From Candidatus Thalassarchaeum sp. (lineage in GTDB: Archaea; Thermoplasmatota; Poseidoniia; Poseidoniales; Thalassarchaeaceae): a stretch of DNA of 64,000 bases. Both the position numbers and the translations under genes were made by a program. Location of the stretch: assembly GCA_045559735.1 (NCBI GenBank), contig JBJLJN010000014.1:15451-79450 (forward strand), written 5' to 3'. This document shows, in pieces, positions 41,159 to 51,085 of the stretch (the stretch's first letter is position 1; each line of letters begins with the position of its first letter). Below the pieces are notes generated by a model, which had not been told where the DNA came from, did not search any database, and saw nothing but the letters and a program-made list of their open reading frames with translations.

Positions 41159-42439
41159 TTAGACGCCCAATGCGAGCCTACCGACATCACGCAGTCCGGG
41201 TGCCATTCCGACTGTCAGAATCACTAGGGAAATCAGCAGTCTGAGGTGCTGCTGCCTGTGCTCGAAATTAGCGATAGCGAAGAAGTACCAGATCAACCCT
41301 CCCAAAATTAATTTGATTGTGGTGAAGCCATAAGCTGAGCCGAATACCTCGATTATCCTAGCAGAGAAGACGTGCTTCTCGGAATATCCGAACTCCTCGA
41401 TTCCGATGCCGGTGGCAATCCCATCGAGGAGCTGGCCTGCGACGGCCAGAGAGACAACCGGAGACGCCATGACAGCCTTGTAGCGAAGGCTCTCAATCAG
41501 ATTCTTCTCATCAGATTCCAATTCCTCGTAATCCTCCTCTGTCATCCCCGGAGGCAGGATTCCTGCGATATGTCCTGCCTCGGCCAGCTCATTGGCTGCT
41601 GGGAGACCGTTTGTATGCATCCAGTAGACTAGGAGTGCGGGAAGTCCGAGGACTACCAACAAGGGCCAGATAATGACATAATCAGGGTGGCTGATACCAA
41701 AGGACACCAAAGGCCCTGACAGTGCTATGCAACCGCCAAGCCCGACAAGGAAGACAGTGCGCTGGATGGTCGTGAAGCCGAACAGTGAGTGGTTGGATGC
41801 CAGTGAGGGCAGGAGGAGTGCTGCAATGAAGCAGACTAGCATGGGCAAATTCTCGAAATCTGGAGACGAAGCGACTCCGCCGGCTTCTACTGAGGAGTAG
41901 TATATGACCACCTGAGCAGTGATGAGAATCATCGCCGCGCTATCAGCCTTGGAACGCATCCTATCAGCATCAAGTTCTGAGTTGGCTATGTGGTAACCCA
42001 GAGCTCCTGCGATCATGACCCAAGCAGCTGTCTGGAAGTGGATAGCTGGGCTGACGAAGTAGCTCTCGAGGGAGGCATCGAACATGCTAGCATCTTCAAC
42101 AACCTCGCCCAGAGCTGCCCAGAAAACATAGGGCATCACAGCGAGTAAGGTAGCATCGCTGGGGTCTATCCCTAGATGCCTAAGCCAAGCAGCAAGCGAG
42201 ATTGCGAACAGTGCCAGAAGGATAGCGTAGGTCATTGTATTGGGAACGTTGTAACCTGCATCGGAGGAAGATTCCTGCAACACGGGGTCGATATAGTAGT
42301 CATACAGAAAGTCGGAGAGCGGATTCTGGATTTCCAACGACTTCAGGGCAATACCGGCAAAGACAAGTCCTGCAACCGCGATAATGGCGTTGGTGGCCCA
42401 TCTCTCGTAGTCGTACATCTCCTCCAACGGGTTTGCCAT
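41159..42439 (-). CDS. DUF63-like archaeal membrane protein
   Basis: GYN..NT..Y, ED, P, Q.LD..AT.GI, Y.EKH and GMAPGLRD. Confidence 0.8.
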   Translation of the reverse strand: MANPLEEMYDYERWATNAIIAVAGLVFAGIALKSLEIQNPLSDFLYDYYIDPVLQESSSDAGYNVPNTMTYAILLALFAISLAAWLRHLGIDPSDATLLAVMPYVFWAALGEVVEDASMFDASLESYFVSPAIHFQTAAWVMIAGALGYHIANSELDADRMRSKADSAAMILITAQVVIYYSSVEAGGVASSPDFENLPMLVCFIAALLLPSLASNHSLFGFTTIQRTVFLVGLGGCIALSGPLVSFGISHPDYVIIWPLLVVLGLPALLVYWMHTNGLPAANELAEAGHIAGILPPGMTEEDYEELESDEKNLIESLRYKAVMASPVVSLAVAGQLLDGIATGIGIEEFGYSEKHVFSARIIEVFGSAYGFTTIKLILGGLIWYFFAIANFEHRQQHLRLLISLVILTVGMAPGLRDVGRLALGV

Positions 42440-42478
42440 AGCAATCCGTGAGGACTCCCACGCTTATGCGTGGCGGTT

Positions 42479-43228
42479 TCACTCCTCTTCTAACATCACT
42501 GACTCATCGTCTGCCAGCTGCATCACCTCGGACATCTCGTCCGAGTCAGATGAATCGACCTGAGGGGGCATGTGCCTCCTCTCTCTGCGTCTACGGGCCT
42601 GAGCCAGACCGGGTACCAGAGTTTCGAACTTGGATGAATCTCGTGGACCGTGCTCCTCGAATGAATCCAGTCGGCGGGACTGCATACGCAGGCGCTTTCT
42701 GTCCTGCTCGAGCCCATGGAGGACAGTGCTGTGCTCCGAGCCGCGTAGGATTCCTTCGATTGCTGGAGCAGCTAGAGCGATTCCGTCTTGGTCGCCTATG
42801 ACCAGTACGGTGGAGCCGTGGATTGCCATCTCGCAGTTTGAGATCTCCTCGATGAGGCTGCGTATGCGCCCGTTCCTGCCAATCAGCCTGCTCCTCATCC
42901 TGCGAGTCTGGTTAGGCTGCCTGCCTACCCACTCGCGGATGTCATACATTCTGAGGAAGATTTCGTCACGGATCAGTTGTACCGCCCTGCTTGGAGCGAG
43001 TCCGCGACCGATGGCGAGCATCACATCGGGCATCTTCATCCTCACAATGGGATCCGGTTCTCCTTCCCATTCCGCCATCACCTCTCCAGTTCTTGAGTCG
43101 ATATCCAACTTTGCTCCGCTGGCCTCCTCCAGCATCTTGCGGGTCTGCCCGCCTTTGCCTATCAGTACGGCAATGCGGTTCTTGGGTACACGCGCTAGCA
43201 GTTCCACGGGTGCGGTCGACCCGCCCAC
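42479..43228 (-). CDS. KH-domain ribosome-biogenesis protein (Dim2/Pno1-like)
   Basis: LIGKGG, AIGRG, RLIGRNG and GSEH; downstream of RIO1. Confidence 0.9.
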   Translation of the reverse strand: MGGSTAPVELLARVPKNRIAVLIGKGGQTRKMLEEASGAKLDIDSRTGEVMAEWEGEPDPIVRMKMPDVMLAIGRGLAPSRAVQLIRDEIFLRMYDIREWVGRQPNQTRRMRSRLIGRNGRIRSLIEEISNCEMAIHGSTVLVIGDQDGIALAAPAIEGILRGSEHSTVLHGLEQDRKRLRMQSRRLDSFEEHGPRDSSKFETLVPGLAQARRRRERRHMPPQVDSSDSDEMSEVMQLADDESVMLEEE

Positions 43229-43233
43229 CTGCT

Positions 43234-44115
43234 TTAATCCCCGCCTGAGGAACTAGAGGCCTCAGGAACTGGGTCATCGAGAACTCTAGCGAGGCTATCA
43301 GCCAAGTCTACATTGTGCCCTTGGCGGTTAATCCAAGCCACGATGCGTGTGATATCACGTACTAGGAACTCCTCTGCGCTAGGGTGTTGGCGGGTGACGC
43401 TCTGACCAGCGTCGATAATCCAGAGATCATCATCGTTGAGAAGAATGTTGTACTCGCTGAAATCGGCGTGGACCAGATTGCACTTGTGCCAGTTGATGGA
43501 GATGAAATCAAGAAGCTCCTCAAATACCTCGTATGGATTGTCGACTGAGATCTCCTTGAGGCGTGGGCTGGGTCCTTTCTCATCCCCAATATACTCCATT
43601 ACGAGGACGTTCTTCAAACTGTCAAAGGGCTCTGGGACTCTCAGTCCGTGCTTCCTCATCCTGCGCAGGTTGCGGAACTCCTTTCGAACCCAGATGTTGA
43701 CTAGTTCCCTGTGTCGTCTCGACAGTCCCTTGAATCTGGGATCTCCATCGATATACTTGGCCAGTCCCTTGAACACAGCGTTCGTGGTATGGAAAATCTT
43801 CACCGCCACCGGTCCGTGATTTGTGGTGGCATGGAAGACATGCGCCTCCTTTCCCCGGGCTATCGGATAGTCGATGGTCTCGATATGCCCCTTCTGCATC
43901 AGTTTGTGGACAGCCAGCAGCGTAGAGCGATCGAAAACTTGGTCGAAGACTCGTCTATCAACCCACTCATACTTGCCTTTGCCGAGGACTCCTTGCAGGC
44001 CGTCCTCGATATCGTTGAACATCCGCTTGAAGCGTGGTTCTGAAATCCACTCGTGCTTCTTCTCGGCCCTCAGTAGAGCATCGACCTCTGGAAGGTCATC
44101 GTGCTCCTCATCCAT
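43234..44115 (-). CDS. rio1: RIO1 family kinase
   Basis: GKEAHV, AVKI, KEFRNL, VHADFSEYN and IIDAGQ. Confidence 0.93.
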   Translation of the reverse strand: MDEEHDDLPEVDALLRAEKKHEWISEPRFKRMFNDIEDGLQGVLGKGKYEWVDRRVFDQVFDRSTLLAVHKLMQKGHIETIDYPIARGKEAHVFHATTNHGPVAVKIFHTTNAVFKGLAKYIDGDPRFKGLSRRHRELVNIWVRKEFRNLRRMRKHGLRVPEPFDSLKNVLVMEYIGDEKGPSPRLKEISVDNPYEVFEELLDFISINWHKCNLVHADFSEYNILLNDDDLWIIDAGQSVTRQHPSAEEFLVRDITRIVAWINRQGHNVDLADSLARVLDDPVPEASSSSGGD

Positions 44116-44119
44116 GCTC

Positions 44120-44632
44120 TCACCCAAAGAACGAGTCGATGTCTTCCTCTGGGTCGTCGGACTCGGAGGGAATCACTTCGATTTTCTCGGGCTCGGGCTC
44201 CTGCTCTGGCTCTCCAGCTTTAGTAGACTCAGATACCGGTTCTATTTCGAGGTCCTCATTCTGAGACACACCTGTGACTCCGAAAAGATCGACGATCTCA
44301 GGGAGTACTCCCTTGCGTGATAGGTACAGAGACTGGGTCTTGGTGTAGCGCATGCAGACATTGGCCTTCTCGTCCTGGAAGTCCCAAGGCTGGATAACAA
44401 TCAGGTCGCCTTCGCGGACCCATTGACGCCTCCTCATCTTGCCTGGTATTCTGGCGAGGCGGCTCTCACCGTCCTCACAGACCGCCTTGACACGGCGCCC
44501 CCCGAGAATCTGATCAGCTATGGCGAACATCTCGTTGATCTTACGCTTTGGGAGCGGTACGCGAATGCGGTCGCCTCCAGATTCGAGCTGAGCTAGGAGC
44601 TCAGGGTCTACCTTCTCCTCCCTACGGGCCAT
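44120..44632 (-). CDS. eif1a: Translation initiation factor aIF-1A with acidic C-terminal tail
   Basis: LGG, CEDG..RLARIPGKMRRRQWVREGD, PWDFQ and RY. Confidence 0.93.
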   Translation of the reverse strand: MARREEKVDPELLAQLESGGDRIRVPLPKRKINEMFAIADQILGGRRVKAVCEDGESRLARIPGKMRRRQWVREGDLIVIQPWDFQDEKANVCMRYTKTQSLYLSRKGVLPEIVDLFGVTGVSQNEDLEIEPVSESTKAGEPEQEPEPEKIEVIPSESDDPEEDIDSFFG

Positions 44633-44675
44633 GAGGTCCGGTCGAGAGCCCCCTATGTGAAGTTGAGGTTACTCT

Positions 44676-46373
44676 TCACAAACCCATCATGCTGTCGACA
44701 GCTGAAGTCACCACATCAAGCAGCCACTCGCTCATCGGGCCAATTCCAAACAGCAGGGTCAAGAAGGCGCAACCGAAGATGGCCAGTCTCAGAGAGGGGG
44801 CCTTTCTGAGTCCCGAATCATTCTCGGGGGATTCAAAGAACATAACCAGTCCTATTCTTAGATAGTAAAACAGAGAGAGAGCGCTGTTGGCGACTATCGC
44901 TACAGCCAGCCAGAATAGTGGGTCAACGCCCCCAGCCCAGTCGACAATGGTAGTTGAAGCGACGTCTCCTGTACCAGCCGATACAGAGACTATCCCATTA
45001 ATCATCAGGAGCTTGGAAAGGAATCCTGAGAGCGGTGGTACACCAGCCAGAGAGAGCATGAAGACGAACATCGCCACACTGATGGCAGGATCTCTCCTGG
45101 CCAGTCCATGCAGGTCCTCGATTCGATGGCCTCCGCCATCTGCCTCAAGCATCGAGAGGACTAGAAATGCACCGAGCTTGAACAGCACCAAAATCAGCAA
45201 GTGGAACACCACTGCAGTCACGATCATAGAGGAGGTAGATGGGTCTGCGAATCCTGAGCCGATTGCTGCCATTGCTGCCAGCATATAGCCAGCGTGAGCC
45301 ACGCTGGAATAGGCCAGCATACGCTTGGGATTGTCGCTGGTAAGGGCAGCAAGGTTGCCCCAAGTCATCGTGAGCACTGAGATAAGTGCAATTGAGAGCA
45401 TCCAGATGGCCTGTCCGGATGGAGGCAAGGTGACAATCAGCAGGAGTCTAATTAGAGCCACGAAGCCCATCGCCTTGGATGCGGTGGCCAATAAGCCGGC
45501 GATGGGGGAAGATGCGCCTGAGTAAGCGTCTGGGACAGCGAGGTGGAAAGGAGCAGCGCCGACCTTGAATCCAAAAGCAACCATCATCAGTCCGACTCCG
45601 ATTATAGCCAGCGGGTCGTTCCCTTCCATCGCCGACCAGGCAGATGCCAGTTCGGCCATATCCAAGCTACCACTCCAAAGGTACAGCAGCGACATTCCGT
45701 AGATTCCTATCGCGGAAACTACGGATCCGACCATGAAGTACTTCATTCCAGCCTCACCGCCGACGTCAATCTCCTTGTGGAAGGCGACGAGGACGTAGGA
45801 AGACAGAGAAGCAAGCTCGAGGCATACGAAGAGCATGAACAGGTTGGTTGCCATCGCCATCAGACTCATGCCCAGACCTGTAGTAAGAAGGAGGATATGG
45901 AAATCGACCTGTCTGCGGTTGTCAATAAGGGCGGCCACCTTGGAGTCGGCAACATCATCGGAGTCGTTGTCGCGAGGAGGGGTGGCCTTCGGCCTCGCTG
46001 GCATCCTAGTTGATGTGGCCAATGCCGCTAGGAGAAGAGCAGATGTGAATAGCAGGGTGAATAGCCTACTGAATTCGTCGACATGCAGAGCGTTGCCGAC
46101 GTCACCCTCCTCTCCCATAAAGAGAATGGAAGTGAGCCATGCTAAGCCTAAGACTCCGCATGCAATCATATTGGGGAGTCTGGGATCATTGTTGTAATCG
46201 GTCCTCGTTCCCCCAATCAGGATAGGAATTCTGGTGCGGGTTAGCGGTATGCGCATTGTAGCATCACCGAGATTGGGTATCAGGATCATCGCTACTATGC
46301 CGAGAAGCATCAGAATTTCTGGTAGCAACAGCAGCGTCATATCGAGGTTGATCTCGGTCAGTATCGAACTCAT
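44676..46373 (-). CDS. nuoN: Complex I-like subunit N
   Basis: EAGMKY, FKVGAAPFH..PDAY, KRMLAYSS and LAGVPP..GF..K. Confidence 0.93.
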   Translation of the reverse strand: MSSILTEINLDMTLLLLPEILMLLGIVAMILIPNLGDATMRIPLTRTRIPILIGGTRTDYNNDPRLPNMIACGVLGLAWLTSILFMGEEGDVGNALHVDEFSRLFTLLFTSALLLAALATSTRMPARPKATPPRDNDSDDVADSKVAALIDNRRQVDFHILLLTTGLGMSLMAMATNLFMLFVCLELASLSSYVLVAFHKEIDVGGEAGMKYFMVGSVVSAIGIYGMSLLYLWSGSLDMAELASAWSAMEGNDPLAIIGVGLMMVAFGFKVGAAPFHLAVPDAYSGASSPIAGLLATASKAMGFVALIRLLLIVTLPPSGQAIWMLSIALISVLTMTWGNLAALTSDNPKRMLAYSSVAHAGYMLAAMAAIGSGFADPSTSSMIVTAVVFHLLILVLFKLGAFLVLSMLEADGGGHRIEDLHGLARRDPAISVAMFVFMLSLAGVPPLSGFLSKLLMINGIVSVSAGTGDVASTTIVDWAGGVDPLFWLAVAIVANSALSLFYYLRIGLVMFFESPENDSGLRKAPSLRLAIFGCAFLTLLFGIGPMSEWLLDVVTSAVDSMMGL

Positions 46374-47971
46374 GGCATCCACCTCTGCGAATGCATAGCG
46401 TCGATGAGCGTCTCGACTGTCAGTCCCGAGCTCCAATCAGACATCATGTCCCAGAAGATGAATGGCATGATGCCGAACAGCACAGTCATCGCTGCGAGAA
46501 CGAGCATTCCGGCATTCTCGTGCCATGTGATGTCACGAGGTTCCTCACCATGCATGGTGTCGGGAAGAATTCCCTTCTCGGGGTCGTTGGATTCGAATAT
46601 CGTCCTCTGCATCGAGGATAGATAGTAAACGGCAGTAATAATCAGAGTCAGAGCAGGGAGGAGGACGAGCCATCCGTATGTCATCCAGAATGCAATCAAA
46701 ATGGCCACCTCTGCAACGAAGCCGGCAAGCAATGGCAGTCCGAGGCTGGCCATCCAACCGAGCATCATGTGCGCGGCCAGCCACGGGCTGTGGTGAGCGA
46801 TGCCTCGCATCGAGCCTATCTCGAGGGTGTGGTAGTGGTGCTTGAAAGCGCCAGCCACAGCGAACAAGAGAGGGCTGATGATGCCGTGTGCGAACATCAT
46901 GAACAGCGCGCCTGCTATCCCGAGGGGTTGCATGGTGGCTATGCCGAGGAAGATTAGTCCCATGTGGGACACCGAGGAATAAGCGACCATGCGCTTAAGG
47001 TTGGTCTGGCCCATACACACCCAAGCCCCGTAGACTAGGCTGACCATACCAAGGACAATCAGCAGTGGAATAAACTCGATTGTAGACTCAGGAAAGATAC
47101 TCACAGCAATTCTTAGGAAGCCGTAAGCGCCCATCTTCAGCATCACACCGGCAAGCAGCATCGAGCCTGCTGTAGGAGCTTGGACGTGAGCATCAGGTAG
47201 CCAAGTGTGCACAGGGACGCTGGGCATCTTGGTGGCGAACCCGATTAGCAACATCAGCCAGACGAGATGCCTCAGACCCTCACTGGGAATTAGACTGTCC
47301 TGAGCGGCCATCGCGACTAAGTCGAAGTGGTGACCGGTCAAGCTACCGAGACCGGTGATTGGGTCTGTATGGAAGTACATCACGAGAATTCCGATGAGCA
47401 TGATGACACTGGCCGCGAAGGTGTAGATGAAGAACTTCATCGCAGCATATCTCCTGTCCTCTCCGCCCCACATCAGAATCAGCAGGAACATAGGAATCAG
47501 GGTCAGTTCCCAGAAGACATAGAACACGAACAGGTCGAGTACCACGAAAACGCCGAGCAGTGCCCCTTCCATCACCAATAGTAGTGGATGGAACAGATGT
47601 CCGCGCTTGGCATCCCACTCAACCAGCATAGAGATTGGGATGAGTACCGCAGTCAGCCAAATCATCGGGAAGGACAGAGCGTCAGCCCCAACCTTCCAAG
47701 TCACCCCAATGGACGGGATGAGACTGGTAGCATCGTTCTGCAGGACAAATCCTCCATGGGTTATGTCGGTCCAGTCGATGCTACCCCAATGACCGATGAA
47801 GAGCAGGGTGGTGATTACAGCCACCGCCAGAGCGATACCCATGCTGACGTTTCTGGAAATCCTAGCCAGTACCTCACTCTGAGCACTGGGCAGAATTTGA
47901 GTCAGCATGAGTAGTAGTAGGCCTGCGAACAGCGGTAGGAGTGTGATTACCGAAAGGGGGTCGTCGATTAT
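46370..47971 (-). CDS. nuoM: Complex I-like subunit M (apparent ATA start; TTG at 47986 is the alternative)
   Basis: FYVFWE, KFFIYT, HTWLPDAH, LKMG.YG and AYSSVSHMG. Confidence 0.92.
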   Translation of the reverse strand: MIDDPLSVITLLPLFAGLLLLMLTQILPSAQSEVLARISRNVSMGIALAVAVITTLLFIGHWGSIDWTDITHGGFVLQNDATSLIPSIGVTWKVGADALSFPMIWLTAVLIPISMLVEWDAKRGHLFHPLLLVMEGALLGVFVVLDLFVFYVFWELTLIPMFLLILMWGGEDRRYAAMKFFIYTFAASVIMLIGILVMYFHTDPITGLGSLTGHHFDLVAMAAQDSLIPSEGLRHLVWLMLLIGFATKMPSVPVHTWLPDAHVQAPTAGSMLLAGVMLKMGAYGFLRIAVSIFPESTIEFIPLLIVLGMVSLVYGAWVCMGQTNLKRMVAYSSVSHMGLIFLGIATMQPLGIAGALFMMFAHGIISPLLFAVAGAFKHHYHTLEIGSMRGIAHHSPWLAAHMMLGWMASLGLPLLAGFVAEVAILIAFWMTYGWLVLLPALTLIITAVYYLSSMQRTIFESNDPEKGILPDTMHGEEPRDITWHENAGMLVLAAMTVLFGIMPFIFWDMMSDWSSGLTVETLIDAMHSQRWMP

Positions 47972-50244
47972 GCGCTCACCCCCCAAATCAATGCAAATAT
48001 CGAGAGCATGCCAACTGCTGCCATCATGATGTAGTCACGTGTGCTTCCGGTAGTGACGCTGCGGACTGACACAGATCCGGAAGACGAGTTGGACTCGATT
48101 TGCTTGATGACTCCATCGATGATGTTCTTGTCGAACCATGCCGAGAAAGATGCGAAGGGGATTGCAGTGTTGGCGACTATCCACTCGTACAAGTCATCGA
48201 AGTACAACCTCCTCTGAAGAGCCTTGGCCAGTTGAGAGTCGGCCAGCTCGGAGACGTCTTGTGAACCGAATCTGCTAGATAGGTCAACGAGCCATGAGAC
48301 AAAGGGGTTGGCCTTGGCGCCTCCAGCGAGCCTTCCTCCATGAACTCGCGAAGCCAAGATCGGCCCGAGGATGGCGGCCAGAAGTATGGTCATCCAACCT
48401 ACGATTCGGAGTTCGTTATCATCAGGCAGGAAGGCGTGCTTCAGCGTATCCAGAACACCATGCATGGCCAAATGATCCTTCTCGCCGCCAAGATAGTCGA
48501 CTACACCCAGCAGGGCAAGTAGGAATCCGCCGATGGCGGTGATGAAAGTGAGAATAATCAATGGCTCCTTAATCCAAGGCGTGTTCTCGTGGATGTGCTC
48601 CGCGACGTCAGTCTTGGGTGAGCCAGCGAAGGTCATCAGCCACATGCGCGTCATGTAAAATCCAGTCATGCCGGCCGTAGCGAGGACGAGTATTGCCGGA
48701 CCGAGCATCAGTGGTTCCTCGTGCAAGCATGCCAGCCATGTTTCCGCGATGATTCCCTCCTTGGACCAGAATCCGCCGATTAGAGGGATTCCGATGATGG
48801 ACATCGAGCCGAACATCATCGCGGTGGAAGTGACGGGCATCTTGGAAGCCAATCCGCCCATGTTCCGCATGTCCTGAGGGTCGAAATCGTGGTCATCGGG
48901 ATGCAGATGATGGTGGGCATGGTGCATCTCGTGGATCACCGAGCCGCTCGCCATGAACAGCATCCCTTTGGCCATGGCATGGTTGAACAAGTGGAACATC
49001 GAGGCTCCAATGACGAAATATCCGGCATGATATTCGCCGATATTGAGGAACAACAGTCCCGCGCCCAATCCTGTGAAAATGTACGCGAGTTGACTCATTG
49101 TTGAGTATGCGAGGACCTTCTTGATGTCGTTCTGTACGAAAGCGATAGCTGCGGCCATGAAGGCTGTGATACCACCTATCCAGGCAACGATGAGGGCAAA
49201 GTCCTCGAGTCCTGCAACTCCGCTGACATGGACATCTACGAATGGGACCATTCGGAAGACGAGATAGAGGCCCGCATTCACCATTGTAGCAGCGTGGATG
49301 AGGGCAGACACCGGGGTCGGGCCCTCCATCGCATCTGGTAGCCAGACATGCAGAGGGAATTGGGCCGACTTACCCACAGCTCCGATGAATAGCATTAGTA
49401 GTGCCCAGTTGAGATTAGCTGAGTCGACCAAAGCTCCTCCAATTCCTGTGGAAGGGTCGTCGAAGATGACCGAGAACTCCAGCGAGCCGTAGATGTCGTA
49501 CAGCATCAGCAATCCGACCATTAGGAATACATCACCGACTCTTGTTGTCAGGAAGGCTTTCTTCGCAGCTGTTGCCGCGCTGTCCTTCCAGTAGTAGAAA
49601 CCAATCAGCAGGTATGAGCACAGGCCCATAATCTCCCAGAAGATGAACAGCCACAGGAAGTTGTCAGCCAGCACCATTCCGAACATACCTATTGCGAATA
49701 GGACGAACTCCCCGTAGAAGCGGTGGTTGCTGTCCTCATTGATTGGATCGGTGTTCATGTATCCGAGACTGAACCAGCAGATTAGGAAGCAAAGGAATGT
49801 AGCAACGAACAGCAGCATCAGGCTAACGGGATCAATCCATACTCCCACGCCGATATCTGCGAATCCTGAACTGATATCCCATTGAGAGCCGTCATGATGT
49901 AGGACATCGAATGTTAGCCAAGAGAACGGTTCCACGACCGAGTGCATCTCAAAGTGCGCTGAACCTACGATATAGTCGTAGGCTATCCACAGCGCTATAC
50001 TGAGCGAGAGAGCCAGCGACCCCAAGCCGAATATACCGCCTTCCTTGTATCGGTTCTTCCATGTCTCATTGCCATTGTAGACCTGTCCGGCCACGAGGAT
50101 GAATGGGAATGTCAGCAAAGGGACTACTACAATCAGGAAGGCCGCATCGACCGATTCCCACCCCTGCATATGCAGAATCGGCGCCACAAGGACGAAGGGG
50201 ATTACAGGAGTCAGAAGGTTCCATTCATTCCTCGAATCGGCCAT
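47968..50244 (-). CDS. nuoL: Complex I-like subunit L
   Basis: WEIMGLCSYLLIGF, GKSAQFPLHVWLPDAMEGPTPVSALIHAATMV and QDMRNMGG. Confidence 0.95.
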   Translation of the reverse strand: MADSRNEWNLLTPVIPFVLVAPILHMQGWESVDAAFLIVVVPLLTFPFILVAGQVYNGNETWKNRYKEGGIFGLGSLALSLSIALWIAYDYIVGSAHFEMHSVVEPFSWLTFDVLHHDGSQWDISSGFADIGVGVWIDPVSLMLLFVATFLCFLICWFSLGYMNTDPINEDSNHRFYGEFVLFAIGMFGMVLADNFLWLFIFWEIMGLCSYLLIGFYYWKDSAATAAKKAFLTTRVGDVFLMVGLLMLYDIYGSLEFSVIFDDPSTGIGGALVDSANLNWALLMLFIGAVGKSAQFPLHVWLPDAMEGPTPVSALIHAATMVNAGLYLVFRMVPFVDVHVSGVAGLEDFALIVAWIGGITAFMAAAIAFVQNDIKKVLAYSTMSQLAYIFTGLGAGLLFLNIGEYHAGYFVIGASMFHLFNHAMAKGMLFMASGSVIHEMHHAHHHLHPDDHDFDPQDMRNMGGLASKMPVTSTAMMFGSMSIIGIPLIGGFWSKEGIIAETWLACLHEEPLMLGPAILVLATAGMTGFYMTRMWLMTFAGSPKTDVAEHIHENTPWIKEPLIILTFITAIGGFLLALLGVVDYLGGEKDHLAMHGVLDTLKHAFLPDDNELRIVGWMTILLAAILGPILASRVHGGRLAGGAKANPFVSWLVDLSSRFGSQDVSELADSQLAKALQRRLYFDDLYEWIVANTAIPFASFSAWFDKNIIDGVIKQIESNSSSGSVSVRSVTTGSTRDYIMMAAVGMLSIFALIWGVSA

Positions 50245-50253
50245 GGAATCACC

Positions 50254-50556
50254 TCAGTTCCTCAGTATGTTTGCCTCGTCCAGAGAAATCGTCTCCTGAG
50301 TGCTGTAGAGCGAGAGTAGGATCGCTAGTCCGATTGCGACTTCTGCAGCGGCTATCGCGATAGCGATAGCAGTGAAGACCCAGCCGTCCACGTCGCTGTA
50401 GTGAGTGGCTCCGGCTACGAAATTGAGATTGGCAGCGTTGAGCATGACCTCGATACACATCAGAACCACAATCGCGTTCTTGCGCGTAAATGCACCTAGT
50501 AGACCAATGAAGAACAGGATTACTCCTAGACCGGCAATCCAACTGGTCTCAATCAT
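50254..50556 (-). CDS. nuoK: Complex I-like subunit K
   Basis: IEVMLNAANLN and AAAEVAIGLAI. Confidence 0.95.
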   Translation of the reverse strand: MIETSWIAGLGVILFFIGLLGAFTRKNAIVVLMCIEVMLNAANLNFVAGATHYSDVDGWVFTAIAIAIAAAEVAIGLAILLSLYSTQETISLDEANILRN

Positions 50557-50819
50557 TGGTCATCACCTTCTAAGTCCCAAATTAGATTGGCCAACCTCTC
50601 GTCACGGACCAGATATGATGCGCCAATCATAGCCATTGCCAGAAGCGCACCTAGGACGATGGTAGCCACCGACCACTCTCCGAAAATGGAAACTGCGAAT
50701 TCCGCCGTTGTGGGCGGAGTACCTGACTCACCCCACATGGGGTGAGACATTACCTCAGAGAGTAGGATGAGCAGAAAGGAGAATACTCCAATCTGCGCTA
50801 GGGCTGAGATTCCCCTCAT
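50553..50819 (-). CDS. nuoJ: Complex I-like subunit J, C-terminal half
   Basis: IF...LL.MAMIGA..L; lies between the J N-terminal half and K; GGAGG upstream. Confidence 0.8.
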   Translation of the reverse strand: MRGISALAQIGVFSFLLILLSEVMSHPMWGESGTPPTTAEFAVSIFGEWSVATIVLGALLAMAMIGASYLVRDERLANLIWDLEGDDQ

Positions 50820-51083
50820 TCAGGCGTCCTCCTGTATCTGTTTGCGGGTCAGCATGACGCCGAACTGCACGACAAGCATGACTGATCCCAGATAGACCAG
50901 GATCTGAATTGCAGCCAGCATCTCTGCTCCAGCCATCACGAAGACCCCGGCGACTGCGAAGAAAGTCAGCATCAGCGATAGTAGTGAGTGAGCAACCCTG
51001 CGTGCGTAGACGCAACCGAGTGCGCCGCCAATGGCCATGGCAGACAGTATGATGAATACTAGAGCCTCAAAATCCAACACCAT
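50820..51083 (-). CDS. nuoJ: Complex I-like subunit J, N-terminal half
   Basis: HS...L, AE.LAAIQILVYLG.V and FGVML. Confidence 0.9.
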   Translation of the reverse strand: MVLDFEALVFIILSAMAIGGALGCVYARRVAHSLLSLMLTFFAVAGVFVMAGAEMLAAIQILVYLGSVMLVVQFGVMLTRKQIQEDA

Positions 51084-51085
51084 AA

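Noticed and set aside
50553..51083. nuoJ as a pseudogene or TGA-readthrough/selenocysteine gene (halves in frame, TGA-ATG)
   Set aside because: Split nuoJ/fpoJ is known in archaea, and the second half has its own GGAGG RBS and ATG.
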